Shown here in pieces: positions 19,867-29,149 of a stretch of DNA of 64,000 nt. The stretch spans positions 1 through 64,000 of the IMG/VR virus record IMGVR_UViG_2548876809_000002; one strand, 5' to 3'. The position numbers and the translations under genes are program-made. The notes beneath the pieces are model-generated. The model saw only the letters and a list, made by a program, of their open reading frames with translations, ran no database searches and was not told the DNA's origin. Each line of letters begins with the position of its first letter. Position 1 is the first letter of the stretch. This DNA is from a virus. Lineage: Duplodnaviria > Caudoviricetes.

Positions 19867-20180
19867 GCTGCGATCTCCAATGTCACGACCCAAGCACCCA
19901 CATCATCACGGTCGACCACCTCGGTCACGGCCCACACCTTGCCGCGTCGAGTGATCCGGGTCTGTTTGTTGGGGCGCGTCGGGACTGCAATCTGTTCGAT
20001 CTCTGCGGTCTTCGTGCGGGTCGTGTTGCCCGGTCCCTGAAAGGCCTCCCCCGGCTCGTCCGACCAGATCACCGGCAGGCCGAAGATCGTGGCGGATTCG
20101 AAGCCTACCGCCGGGAGATAGTCGACAGGCTCGGACATGGCGGCGCGGATCGCCGCGAGCGCTGCCGCCTCGCCGTCCAT
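19863..20180 (-). CDS. Head-tail joining protein (FII-like)
   Basis: Small beta-rich protein in head-completion position. Confidence 0.6.
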   Translation of the reverse strand: MDGEAAALAAIRAAMSEPVDYLPAVGFESATIFGLPVIWSDEPGEAFQGPGNTTRTKTAEIEQIAVPTRPNKQTRITRRGKVWAVTEVVDRDDVGAWVVTLEIAA

Positions 20181-20368
20181 TATTCCGCAGCGTCCTTGGC
20201 AACGGCGAGCGCTGCAGTTTCAGACACGGCAACACGAATGCCGACTAGCGCCTTGGCGCATTCGGCGGAAATCTGTTCAGGGTTATCCCCAATCTCGAGC
20301 GTCGCGCCGGCATCGACATAGCCGCCGTCGTTCCGCACGGCAGCACCGTACAGTGTGATCTTCTTCAT
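20180..20368 (-). CDS. Small virion-associated hypothetical protein
   Basis: GGAGA RBS, ATG 20368, coupled to next gene. Confidence 0.55.
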   Translation of the reverse strand: MKKITLYGAAVRNDGGYVDAGATLEIGDNPEQISAECAKALVGIRVAVSETAALAVAKDAAE

Positions 20369-20451
20369 GGGATATTCTCCGAAAATAGCGGACGGCAGGG
20401 CACTTGCCGAGCCGCCCGCCAGTCTGCGCCAGGGGGCAGAAAGCCGACGGG

Positions 20452-20784
20452 TTAGGAAACCTGCCCAGTCAGCAGCACGCGCCCCACGGTGTCGGCCGAT
20501 GCCTGCGCCTGCGCTACGACACCAACCAGCGTGTTGCTGGTTGCAGTGGTCGTGAGGTTGAAAGCCGCATTGTCCCAGTAGACTTTCTGGCCTTGGGTCC
20601 ACGCTCCGGCTGCCTTGGCGAGATCCCAGACCCCGACCCGGCGCGCTTCGACCTGCGATCCCGATGCCGCATCGGCGAGCGCGACGGCGAAGAGTGCGCC
20701 GACTAGCAGTCCGCTACCCGACGAGACCGCGCGCGGCGCGATAAGGGTGAGAGTTTCACCCGGCTGCACATAGTTCTTGGCCAT
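20452..20784 (-). CDS. DUF2190 capsid cement/decoration protein
   Basis: MAKNYVQPG...VYWD motif characteristic of DUF2190. Confidence 0.85.
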   Translation of the reverse strand: MAKNYVQPGETLTLIAPRAVSSGSGLLVGALFAVALADAASGSQVEARRVGVWDLAKAAGAWTQGQKVYWDNAAFNLTTTATSNTLVGVVAQAQASADTVGRVLLTGQVS

Positions 20785-20789
20785 GAGAC

Positions 20790-21248
20790 TTATTCCTTGC
20801 TTGGCGCGGGCTTACGGGTCCGCGACTTGGGTGCTGCCTCGGCAGCGGGTTCGGCTTCCGGGTCAGCGACAAGCGCAGGCTCCGCGGCTCCGAGGTCAGC
20901 TTCGGCAACCATCGCCTCACCTGCGACGGGTTCGGCTTCGGCCGCCGGCGCTTCCAGCGCGGTCAGGTGCGCTTCCGGCTCGGCTGCATCCGCAACATGC
21001 TGCGGTGCGACTTCCGATTGATGCGGATTGTCCGTTGCGGGGGCCTCCTCCATGCCACCGGGCGCACTGATATGCTCGACCGGCGCAGCATCATTCTGAT
21101 TGGAGGTGAAATCGTCGGTCACATCGACCGCAACGGCATCTGCGAACAGCTTGGTCGCTTCGTCGGTTTCGGTGTGGATCACCCCCTCGGAGGGGTGACG
21201 CAGAACCCCGCCCACGTAGGCCGAGGTCAAGAGCTTGATGAAACGCAT
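20790..21248 (-). CDS. Acidic Ala/Glu/Pro-rich head accessory protein
   Basis: AGGAG RBS, ATG 21248; low-complexity tail. Confidence 0.6.
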   Translation of the reverse strand: MRFIKLLTSAYVGGVLRHPSEGVIHTETDEATKLFADAVAVDVTDDFTSNQNDAAPVEHISAPGGMEEAPATDNPHQSEVAPQHVADAAEPEAHLTALEAPAAEAEPVAGEAMVAEADLGAAEPALVADPEAEPAAEAAPKSRTRKPAPSKE

Positions 21249-21307
21249 AGGGTATCTCCTGCTGATCAGCGGAGCGACCAGAGCCGCCCCGCGTCGCGGT
21301 TCCGCGA

Positions 21308-23491
21308 TTAAGCGCCGGGCTGCTTGTAGCCCGAGCGCCAGTTGACGGCGCCGACGCCGTAGTCGTGGCGGACCTTCCATTCGACACCGTCAGTCCGCCA
21401 CCCGTCCTGGCTGTCTGTGAACGGCTCGGTCACGCCGTTAAGGAACACGACCTCGAGCGTCGGCGACACGCTGGGGTCGGCGAAGGCGTAATAGGCAGTA
21501 CCGGTAAGGCGCGGCGTATCGACGATCGTCGAGAACAGGCCATTGACGATGTTCGGCACCATGAACTTACCGGTCTGGTCCGGGTCGTACTGTGCGCCGT
21601 TGAGGCGGCGGGCCGCCCCGCCGAGGCCGATCGGGGCGAGCAGGATCGCCGGATTATTGCCCCCGAGGAACTCGTTGCCCGAAAGGTCCTTCTGCGACGC
21701 CATCGCCACGCGGATCGCGTCGAGAGTGTTCACGCCGAGCGCTGCACCGGTCGCGGCAAGGTTGCCGTGCGCCGTAGAGAACAGCTGGTTGCCGTCGTTC
21801 ATCGTCGGGTTGCTGTTGAGCAGGGCGTAGACGTCGACTTCGATCGTAAGCTTGGCGGCGCGACCGAGATCGACCGCGAGGCCCGAGAATATTTCCATAT
21901 CATCGTTGACGATCGCCTGTCGCGACAGGCTGATCATGTTGCCGACCGTCTTCGCCTTGATCACTTCCTTGGCGAGATCCGGGATCGGCTTGTTCTTGAA
22001 CTCGCCAGCCTCATTCACCGTATCGAGTGCGCCGAACGTGCCGCGGAGATACCGGGTGTGCTGCCGGAAATCCATGACGCTGCCGATACCGCAGAACTGG
22101 CTCCAGGTGTCGGGGGCCGTGGCGTATGCCGCCTGCAGGATGCGATGGATCGCATTTTCGAACAGGACCGGGAAGTCGCTGGTCGTCTGCGTGATCACCG
22201 CACCGCGCGTCGTCATGGCTTCGCGAACGACCGAGTCCGGATCGCGCATCGACCGCGTATTCACGCCGAGGTTGTCCAGCGCCTCGCGTGCCAGATCGGC
22301 ATTGCGCATGTTGCGGAACTCACCCGGATCGACGCGCGCCTCCGTCGCCGACTTGCCTGCCTTCATCGCTGCCCGTTCGACGAGCGACGCGACACCCGCG
22401 CGGACGAGAATGGCGTTGGTCGCGCCTTCACGAAACTTCTCGCGCTGGTCGAGGGTCACGCGCGCCGGGCTGCTGTGCCCGATGTTCGCCGAATCGCCGG
22501 CATCTGCGAGCTTGTCGAGGATCTTCTCGCGCGCCACAGCAAGGCTGGTACCGTCCGCGACCAAGCCGTCGATGAAATCCGAAGGCAGATTATGCTTCGT
22601 GCCGAGCGCGCGGATCCCGGCAGTGCGGGTGCGTTCCGCCGAGACGGCGTTCTGGATGTCCGCCGCGGTCAGCTGGCTGATGAGAGGATCGGCAGTTGCC
22701 GGGGTCAACGCCAATGCGCCACTGGCCGGCAGTGCGTCCCGCGCGTCGAGCGCAATGGCCGAGGCCGTGATCTTGTCGATCTCGGTTTGAGTTCCGCCGT
22801 CCTTCTGGAAAGCGGAGATCGCGGCAACCAGCGCCGCGCGGGTCTTGTAGAGGTCCATGGTTTTCTCCTGTGGACGGTGAGGAGCGGACGCGGCCGCTTT
22901 GGGCTTGCCGATCATCGCCATTGCGGAGATGCGCGGGGTCTCCGGGGCCTTGCGGAACCCGAATGCTGTGACGTCACAGGCCGCGGCGCTGGACGCCTCG
23001 GTCACGGACGTGATGAACTTCTGCTCGAGCGCCTGCTCGCTGGTCAGCCAGGTCTCGGCATCGAGCATGGGCACGAGCTCGTCGGCGGTGAGCCCGGTCT
23101 GCCCCGAATAGATGCGGACCAATTGGTCGCGGATGACATCGAGCTTGTCGGCTGCGGCACGCAGCTCGCGCGCGTCGCCGATCGCCACATCCCAAGGGTT
23201 GTGGATCATCATCAGCGCATTGTCGGCCATGATGATCTCATCACCCGCCATCGCGATGACCGAGGCCATGGAAGCTGCCAGACCGTCGATATGGATCGTG
23301 ACCTTGCGGCCCGCCGTCTTCGCACCGATCAGCGCGTTGAAGATCGCCAGACCTTCCATGACGTAACCACCAGGCGAATTGACGCGGACGACCAAGTCAT
23401 CATCACCGCCTGCGATCAGACCAAAAAGGGTCTTGGCATCGAGCCCGTCCCATTCGTCGCCAACGATGCCGTAAATCAAAATTTCGGTCAT
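21308..23491 (-). CDS. ClpP-like prohead protease fused to major capsid protein
   Basis: NSPGG, DGLAASMAS, MMIHNP ClpP motifs followed by a capsid domain (TTSDFP, EAGEFK). Confidence 0.92.
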   Translation of the reverse strand: MTEILIYGIVGDEWDGLDAKTLFGLIAGGDDDLVVRVNSPGGYVMEGLAIFNALIGAKTAGRKVTIHIDGLAASMASVIAMAGDEIIMADNALMMIHNPWDVAIGDARELRAAADKLDVIRDQLVRIYSGQTGLTADELVPMLDAETWLTSEQALEQKFITSVTEASSAAACDVTAFGFRKAPETPRISAMAMIGKPKAAASAPHRPQEKTMDLYKTRAALVAAISAFQKDGGTQTEIDKITASAIALDARDALPASGALALTPATADPLISQLTAADIQNAVSAERTRTAGIRALGTKHNLPSDFIDGLVADGTSLAVAREKILDKLADAGDSANIGHSSPARVTLDQREKFREGATNAILVRAGVASLVERAAMKAGKSATEARVDPGEFRNMRNADLAREALDNLGVNTRSMRDPDSVVREAMTTRGAVITQTTSDFPVLFENAIHRILQAAYATAPDTWSQFCGIGSVMDFRQHTRYLRGTFGALDTVNEAGEFKNKPIPDLAKEVIKAKTVGNMISLSRQAIVNDDMEIFSGLAVDLGRAAKLTIEVDVYALLNSNPTMNDGNQLFSTAHGNLAATGAALGVNTLDAIRVAMASQKDLSGNEFLGGNNPAILLAPIGLGGAARRLNGAQYDPDQTGKFMVPNIVNGLFSTIVDTPRLTGTAYYAFADPSVSPTLEVVFLNGVTEPFTDSQDGWRTDGVEWKVRHDYGVGAVNWRSGYKQPGA

Positions 23492-25018
23492 TTATGCCCC
23501 CTGGGCTGCACCGGACGAACCGGTGTTGGCGGCGTCTGCCGGGTTACCGACCGCGGTGACGCGGCGCGGATCGGAGTCGAAAATGAGGCCAAGCTCATCG
23601 AGCTTCTCCGCATCGGCTTTCCACTCAGCGAGGAAGGTATCTGGATCTTCACCCCGTTCGCGTGCCCACTGCGAAATCGTCTTCCCGCCGGCGCGGATCG
23701 CATCGCGGCTGGCTTTCACCTCTTCCGATGGGTTGATCATCTCACGGCCCGGCGGTGTCCAACGAACCGTTACACCGGACGTGCTCTCGCCGAGCATTTC
23801 GAGTGCTTCGATCATCCATGTGCCTACCGCGCCGCAGAACTGCGGGATGAACATGCCCCACTGCCAAGTCGACAGAGACCGCTGGTATTCGAGCCAGCCC
23901 ATGCGACCGGATGAGAAATTGACGTTGGAGAGATCGCCCGTCAGAGCCTCGTATGGCGTGCCCAGACCCGCCGCGATCGCGCGGAGCGAAACCTTCGAAT
24001 ATTCGGCATAGCCATCGACTTTGGGCGGGTCCGAAAATTCGATCTTCTGCCCTTTTCCAAGGGTGCTGATCGTTCCGGGATCTACAAAGTCCAGCGCCGG
24101 TCCATCGGGAGTCGCTTCGTCAGTGCCAACGAGCGGCGATATGCTTGGCCCCGTCCCATCGTCGTATAGAAAGCCAGCGAAGGCCGCGGCAATCTTCTGT
24201 CTCGTCAGTTCTGCGTCTTCGAAGTCGCCGAAATCCTTCATCCGCAGCACGACGGGAGCAAACCAGGTCGCACCGTGCTCCATCTCGGGTCGATCGGCGC
24301 GAAAGACGTGGGCGACGTCTGCGGCCGGAACGAACTTTGACGCCAGCGAACTCGGCCGCGAACTCCCGGGGTGGCCGCTGTATAGCCAATATCCCTCACG
24401 TGCGCCGAGCGGGTTGAACTGCACGCCGTTGACGACGAAGCCACCGGCCACGCCAGGCGCGGTTGCCAGCGCGCCATGTTTCGACGGATCGATATAATCG
24501 GGCTCTAGGACCTGCAGCTGAAATGGCAGGGCCAATCCATCCGAGGTCCGTCGCCAGCGACGACGCATGACTGCGGCACCGCTTTCAACGATCGTGCGGG
24601 CTGCTTGCAGCTGGAGGCCGTAAAGGTCGTGCCGCCCACCAGAATCGCATGAAGTCGTGTCGAAGTGTCGCCGCGCGATCGCGTTCAATCGGTTGTCGAT
24701 CACGCCGTCGCGGTAGACCTGAAAGGTGATCCCGGTTCCGACCATGTTGTTGGCGATGGTCGACACGCCGCGCGCTGCGAACGGATTGTTTCGAACGAGA
24801 TCCCGCGCGATGCCGCGCAGCGCCGCCATGACTGCTGGCGACAGTTCGCCATTGGCGTCGCGCTGTGTCCGCCGCCAGCCAGCGGAGCGCCGCCCGAACG
24901 TCGCGCCGTCATATTCGGCCCGCGTGCCGCGACCAAATGCAATTCGCTGAGCTGGTGATGGCTGCGGAACTGCCTCCGGGGCGCGACCCAGAAGCCGATC
25001 AAGAAAACTGCGGGCCAT
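23492..25018 (-). CDS. Portal protein, lambda family
   Basis: RDLVRNNPFA, LQVLEPDYID, NFSSGRMG motifs. Confidence 0.92.
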   Translation of the reverse strand: MARSFLDRLLGRAPEAVPQPSPAQRIAFGRGTRAEYDGATFGRRSAGWRRTQRDANGELSPAVMAALRGIARDLVRNNPFAARGVSTIANNMVGTGITFQVYRDGVIDNRLNAIARRHFDTTSCDSGGRHDLYGLQLQAARTIVESGAAVMRRRWRRTSDGLALPFQLQVLEPDYIDPSKHGALATAPGVAGGFVVNGVQFNPLGAREGYWLYSGHPGSSRPSSLASKFVPAADVAHVFRADRPEMEHGATWFAPVVLRMKDFGDFEDAELTRQKIAAAFAGFLYDDGTGPSISPLVGTDEATPDGPALDFVDPGTISTLGKGQKIEFSDPPKVDGYAEYSKVSLRAIAAGLGTPYEALTGDLSNVNFSSGRMGWLEYQRSLSTWQWGMFIPQFCGAVGTWMIEALEMLGESTSGVTVRWTPPGREMINPSEEVKASRDAIRAGGKTISQWARERGEDPDTFLAEWKADAEKLDELGLIFDSDPRRVTAVGNPADAANTGSSGAAQGA

Positions 25019-25020
25019 GA

Positions 25021-25236
25021 TTACAGGCCGCTGCGATAATAAGGCGTACGCCGACGCGACAATCCGCTGGTCGCCTGAGCCTGCATGTTAAGCTGCGCCT
25101 CAATCACCCCGCGCGCGGCCAGAAGATGGTCGAGGGACTGATATTCAGTACGGCGTCCATCAGCGAACGTGACCGAGCGGATACCGCTTGAGATGGCTTG
25201 GTCGAGCCGATCGAGGTCGGACTGTTGATACGCCAT
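25021..25236 (-). CDS. gpW-like head-tail joining protein
   Basis: 71 aa between terL and portal; VTFADGRRTEYQS. Confidence 0.8.
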   Translation of the reverse strand: MAYQQSDLDRLDQAISSGIRSVTFADGRRTEYQSLDHLLAARGVIEAQLNMQAQATSGLSRRRTPYYRSGL

Positions 25237-25238
25237 TC

Positions 25239-27374
25239 CTACCTCCTCTTTTTGTACGGGTTGGTTTTCCGCGAAGCCGGAGCTTGCCGCGGTTGTGGGT
25301 CTTCAGTTTCGCTAACCGCATCACGTACTGCCGCTGGTTCCGGCGGTGCCGTTAATGGACGATCGAACAGATTCGGCTGGGCTGCACTGGCGGGGCCATG
25401 CCGCTCCGCACGCAAGCGCGCCCAATCCGCCGCGGTCAGAGTATCGAGCATCAGCTTTTCGTATGCTGCCGTGTTGTAAACCCGGCAGTCCAACCAGTGA
25501 TTTTCCCGCCCCGCGAGCGGCTTCCAAACACGTCGCGGCTGACCTCCGATCGTTTCGGTAACGATCGTCTCAGCAGTGATCTGCTCAAAATATTCGTCTG
25601 GTAGATCAACGTTGAAGTGCGCCCGGCCGCGGGCCGAAGTGATGACCCCTACCGTCTCTGTCGCCGCTGCCGTGATCGTTGACCGCAGAAAGCCGTACCA
25701 GCTCAGTTTTACTCCGAACGTGCCGACGATGAATGCTTTGTCCTCGGCACGTTTCGACGCTTGCCCGGCTTTTCTGCCTTGCTGTTCGTAACGAAGGTTT
25801 TCGCCTCGTCCGAGGATCGGCAGGGCCCAACCTGCACGTCCGAAAACTGCCAGTCGATTCGGATGCGCGCGACAGAACGCCTCGGCGGCTTCGGTGTGAT
25901 AGCCCGCATCGACACAGATCTGGTCGATGCCGAACGTTTTCCCACCGGGGAAAACCATCTTGCGTCGAGCGTACTGGTCGAGGTCGGCCCAAGCCCCCTC
26001 ACCTTTGACGTCGGTTGCGCCGGGAAGGAAGCGAGCATCAAGCGTCCAGCTTTCCGCATTCTCGCTCCACCCGACTTTCTCGAGGTATAACCCATCGCCC
26101 TGAACGTCGACGCCCATGGTCGTGACCAACGGGCCGACAGGGATCTGAACCGGCTGGCGAGGTCCCCACCCCTGCTCCCGCAACTCCCGCAGCTTTTCAT
26201 AATCGGGCGTGCCACCCTTCAGCTCAAACTCAAACCCGTGAACCAGATTGGTCCAGGTCTTGAGCTTGTTCAAATCCCCCTGCGCTTCGCCAAACGAGAC
26301 GGCCATGTCGCCCCAGGTCTGGAACGATGAAATGATGCCGGTCAGATGGAAACCACGCTTCACACTGGCCGGCATCTGCCCACGGGCAGCTTGGAATTCC
26401 TCCTCACTCATAACGCGGGGCATCTTCGCCCCTTCGATCTCGTCCGACAGCCAACCATCCGGCAGCTTCATGGAAGCCTTCTGCCAGTGCTCCACATGGT
26501 CGAACCCGCAGCACGGCGGAATTAGGTGCGCCTCAGCCTGTTTGCCGTCCGGCCACTTGATGTCGTTCCACTCCGGAACGAACCGACTACCGCATTCGGG
26601 GCATTTGAGGTGATAGCGCCGCCGATCCGACGTGGCGTAAGCACGCCCGATCTTGCTCGTACCCTTGATCGTCGGAGTCGAGATTTTCAGGCGCTTCGAT
26701 AGCCCCTGTCGACGCCAGACCTTCAACCGCTGGTCGACCATGACCTCGGGCGATCCCTGCCCGTCCAGGTCGTCAGGAAACTGATCAAGATCGTCTTCAA
26801 CCGCGTATCGGACGGTACGCTGCCGGAGCGACGCCGCGGAATTTGCACCGGCGAGCAGGACGAAGCCGTTGGACCGCGAAAAGCGAACCTTGCTCTTTGT
26901 CGAACCATTGCCATCCGGCGTGCCAAGCGCCCGGATGGTTCCGCCCCGCTCGGGGTTCAACTTCGGCGTATTCTCGACCATCGGCCAGAATTTCTCAGCC
27001 GCCCACGCCAAGGCAGCAGTTAGCGTCGCCTGTACGAACAACATCGGCCCCGGCGCGAGATCGGATATGAATCCTATCCAGTTCTCGGCAGAGGCCGACC
27101 CGCCCGATTGTGCGCACTTGATGACCGGGACTTCTTCGCAGGGATCATGCGGCGAAAGCGCGTCCATGATCTCGACCAGTTCGGGTGCGGTTGCGTGCCG
27201 CCATGGCCCCGGGATTGGATCATCATCCGAGAACCGTCGAAACCTGCTTGCCCATTCGGATACTGCCATACGGGGCGGCGGACGCAGGCCGGAGGCGATC
27301 GCTCCATCGAGCGCCTCAACATTTGCTCGTAGGGCCACGCCGGCTGTGTCGCCGAAGTGACTGTAGTCGAACAT
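25239..27374 (-). CDS. terL: Terminase large subunit, lambda gpA family
   Basis: KCAQSGG Walker A, VEDDLD Walker B, CPECG Zn motif, GVDVQ nuclease motif. Confidence 0.93.
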   Translation of the reverse strand: MFDYSHFGDTAGVALRANVEALDGAIASGLRPPPRMAVSEWASRFRRFSDDDPIPGPWRHATAPELVEIMDALSPHDPCEEVPVIKCAQSGGSASAENWIGFISDLAPGPMLFVQATLTAALAWAAEKFWPMVENTPKLNPERGGTIRALGTPDGNGSTKSKVRFSRSNGFVLLAGANSAASLRQRTVRYAVEDDLDQFPDDLDGQGSPEVMVDQRLKVWRRQGLSKRLKISTPTIKGTSKIGRAYATSDRRRYHLKCPECGSRFVPEWNDIKWPDGKQAEAHLIPPCCGFDHVEHWQKASMKLPDGWLSDEIEGAKMPRVMSEEEFQAARGQMPASVKRGFHLTGIISSFQTWGDMAVSFGEAQGDLNKLKTWTNLVHGFEFELKGGTPDYEKLRELREQGWGPRQPVQIPVGPLVTTMGVDVQGDGLYLEKVGWSENAESWTLDARFLPGATDVKGEGAWADLDQYARRKMVFPGGKTFGIDQICVDAGYHTEAAEAFCRAHPNRLAVFGRAGWALPILGRGENLRYEQQGRKAGQASKRAEDKAFIVGTFGVKLSWYGFLRSTITAAATETVGVITSARGRAHFNVDLPDEYFEQITAETIVTETIGGQPRRVWKPLAGRENHWLDCRVYNTAAYEKLMLDTLTAADWARLRAERHGPASAAQPNLFDRPLTAPPEPAAVRDAVSETEDPQPRQAPASRKTNPYKKRR

Positions 27375-27376
27375 TC

Positions 27377-27985
27377 CTACTCCTCCGCCTCTTCGGCTGC
27401 AGCTACCTCATTCTCAATCGACGCTTCCTCCGCGCCGTCGTCGTCACTTGCCAAGAGGCCGCTGTCGACTTCGTCAGCGAGATCACTGAACACCTGGTCG
27501 ATCTCGGCACCTCCGATCGCCATGATCGTGCGCGCGTCCCGCTCTGCGGCAAGCCGCTCTGCTATCGACCGGAACATCGAGTGCATCCGCTCGCGACAGA
27601 CACGGCCTAGTTCGCCACTGCGCCGCTTCAGCTCCACCGCGGGAGCCAGCTCACCAGCTGCAAGCTTGTTCTTCAGCCGCTGGCCGATCAGCTGCTCTTC
27701 GGCAAGATCGGCCCGAACGTGGGCGGCGCTACGACGGCCGCTTAATAGATCGACGACATCGTCGCTTTGCGGTGCGGGCATCAGCGGCACGCCAGCCGTC
27801 GGACGGCCACGCATCGGATCAAGCTTCGTATTAATGCGAGCCTCGGTCCGTTCGACGTCCACCTTGAGGACCGACGTTTCCGGACACTCGCCCAAGACCA
27901 ACAGGCCCTTCTTTGCCCAATTGGAAACGGCCGACTTGCCGACGCCGCGATGACGGGCGAACTCACCCTTCGTCATCAGCGTCAT
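27377..27985 (-). CDS. terS: Terminase small subunit (Nu1-like)
   Basis: N-terminal wHTH (TKGEFARHRGVGKSAVSNW); position. Confidence 0.85.
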   Translation of the reverse strand: MTLMTKGEFARHRGVGKSAVSNWAKKGLLVLGECPETSVLKVDVERTEARINTKLDPMRGRPTAGVPLMPAPQSDDVVDLLSGRRSAAHVRADLAEEQLIGQRLKNKLAAGELAPAVELKRRSGELGRVCRERMHSMFRSIAERLAAERDARTIMAIGGAEIDQVFSDLADEVDSGLLASDDDGAEEASIENEVAAAEEAEE

Positions 27986-28065
27986 TTGGGGCTCCAATTC
28001 ACCACCGTGAACCAGTTCAGTTCACGAGGTTCATAATCCGAAACAGGGCTTGAACAGTGAAACCC

Positions 28066-28109
28066 TGCGCCTTTGCCCCCCGCATACGCCAAAATACCCG
28101 GAAGGACCC
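28066..28109 (-). other. Lambda-like cos site (cosQ GGGTCCT plus cosN dyad)
   Basis: Minus strand GGGTCCT...TGCG-GGGGGCAAAGG-CGCA-GGGTTTCACT upstream of terS. Confidence 0.65.
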
Positions 28110-28246
28110 AAAGGGGGCACCCCCTGGGCAACGACCGTGCCAGATCTGCCCCACCCGCCCCGCCTCTGGCTGCATCCGCCCTCGGTTCGTCGCATTTCGC
28201 GCCGCGCCGCACCTGGTCAACGCCCGACCGCATCAAGCCCGTTGGC

Positions 28247-28294
28247 AAAACGCGGAACGACCAGCCGTGCCCATCGAGCTGGCTGGTCGTTCCG
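28247..28294 (-). terminator. Intrinsic terminator (tR'-like) ahead of the late operon
   Basis: Perfect 14-bp stem CGGAACGACCAGCC/GGCTGGTCGTTCCG followed by TTTT on the minus strand. Confidence 0.7.
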
Positions 28295-28391
28295 AGGTTA
28301 GGAGAGGATGCTGCGCCGTGTCCGAAGGCCCGACCCAGTGTGACGTGGAATAGCCTGAAAAGGCCGTCGATGTGGACATTCAATATTTGCA

Positions 28392-28949
28392 TCACGGATG
28401 ATTTACCGGGTTGACGGAAGGTAGCCCCGGAAATCCGCCGTTCACGCGGCGGCATACCTCACCCATCGCGCGCTCATAACGCTTGCGTAGCCCCTCTGCG
28501 CCCCGCGTCACGCCCATCGGTCCGCGCAACTGCATCCACGGCACCTGCTTGGCACCGCGAGCGAGCGCCGTGATCACCAAGCCGATCAGCTTGCGATCAA
28601 CGGGCTTGAGCGGCTCGACCCACCCGAACGCCTCTTCCATCTCAGCCACTTCGAGCCGAGTGAGCGATGCCGAACGGATCTCAGCGTCGGGCATGGCAAG
28701 GTCACCGCCGCGCGCATCGTAATCACCCGGCTCAGCGGCCACGTCCGGCCAGGCCGAGCGGATCCGCATCCAACCGCGCTCGCGGTCCGGGTTGCGCCAG
28801 CATACCAGCATCGCCTCAACTAGCCGTTCCTCGACGTCACCGAACGATAGCAGGCTACCGCGGGCGCGTTCTTCGCGCGGATCGACGACCCTTCCACCAA
28901 CGGAAGCTTCATCAATCTCCCTTCCGCCAGCTTTGCTGTAGTAAACCAT
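28392..28949 (-). CDS. Putative late regulator in lambda-Q position
   Basis: C-terminal HTH-like segment; lies between replication and packaging genes, upstream of a terminator. Confidence 0.55.
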   Translation of the reverse strand: MVYYSKAGGREIDEASVGGRVVDPREERARGSLLSFGDVEERLVEAMLVCWRNPDRERGWMRIRSAWPDVAAEPGDYDARGGDLAMPDAEIRSASLTRLEVAEMEEAFGWVEPLKPVDRKLIGLVITALARGAKQVPWMQLRGPMGVTRGAEGLRKRYERAMGEVCRRVNGGFPGLPSVNPVNHP

Positions 28950-28976
28950 TAGAAAGTAGCCCTTATTTATATACCG

Positions 28977-29148
28977 TGGAAGGATTGGAAGGATTGGAAG
29001 GGTTTATGGAACGTGAGTTTCACGCGCCCGCGCACACCCGCGCATATGTATGTGATAAGTTGGCCGCGATCCTTCCAACCCTTCCAAGGGCGCACAAATC
29101 CGCCCTTTTCCCTTCCAGTAAGCTTCCGCGATCCTTCCATATGGAAGG
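28977..29148. repeat. TGGAAGG iteron cluster (probable replication origin)
   Basis: Eight copies: 28977, 28986, 28995 and 29142 forward; 29071, 29080, 29111 and 29133 inverted; AT-rich flank at 28945-28975. Confidence 0.7.
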
Positions 29149-29149
29149 G

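Noticed and set aside
22870-23491. Host clpP
   Set aside because: Fused in frame to the capsid domain within the head operon
21365-23914. 849-aa plus-strand ORF
   Set aside because: Antisense shadow of the ClpP-capsid and portal genes, typical of high-GC codon bias; no motifs
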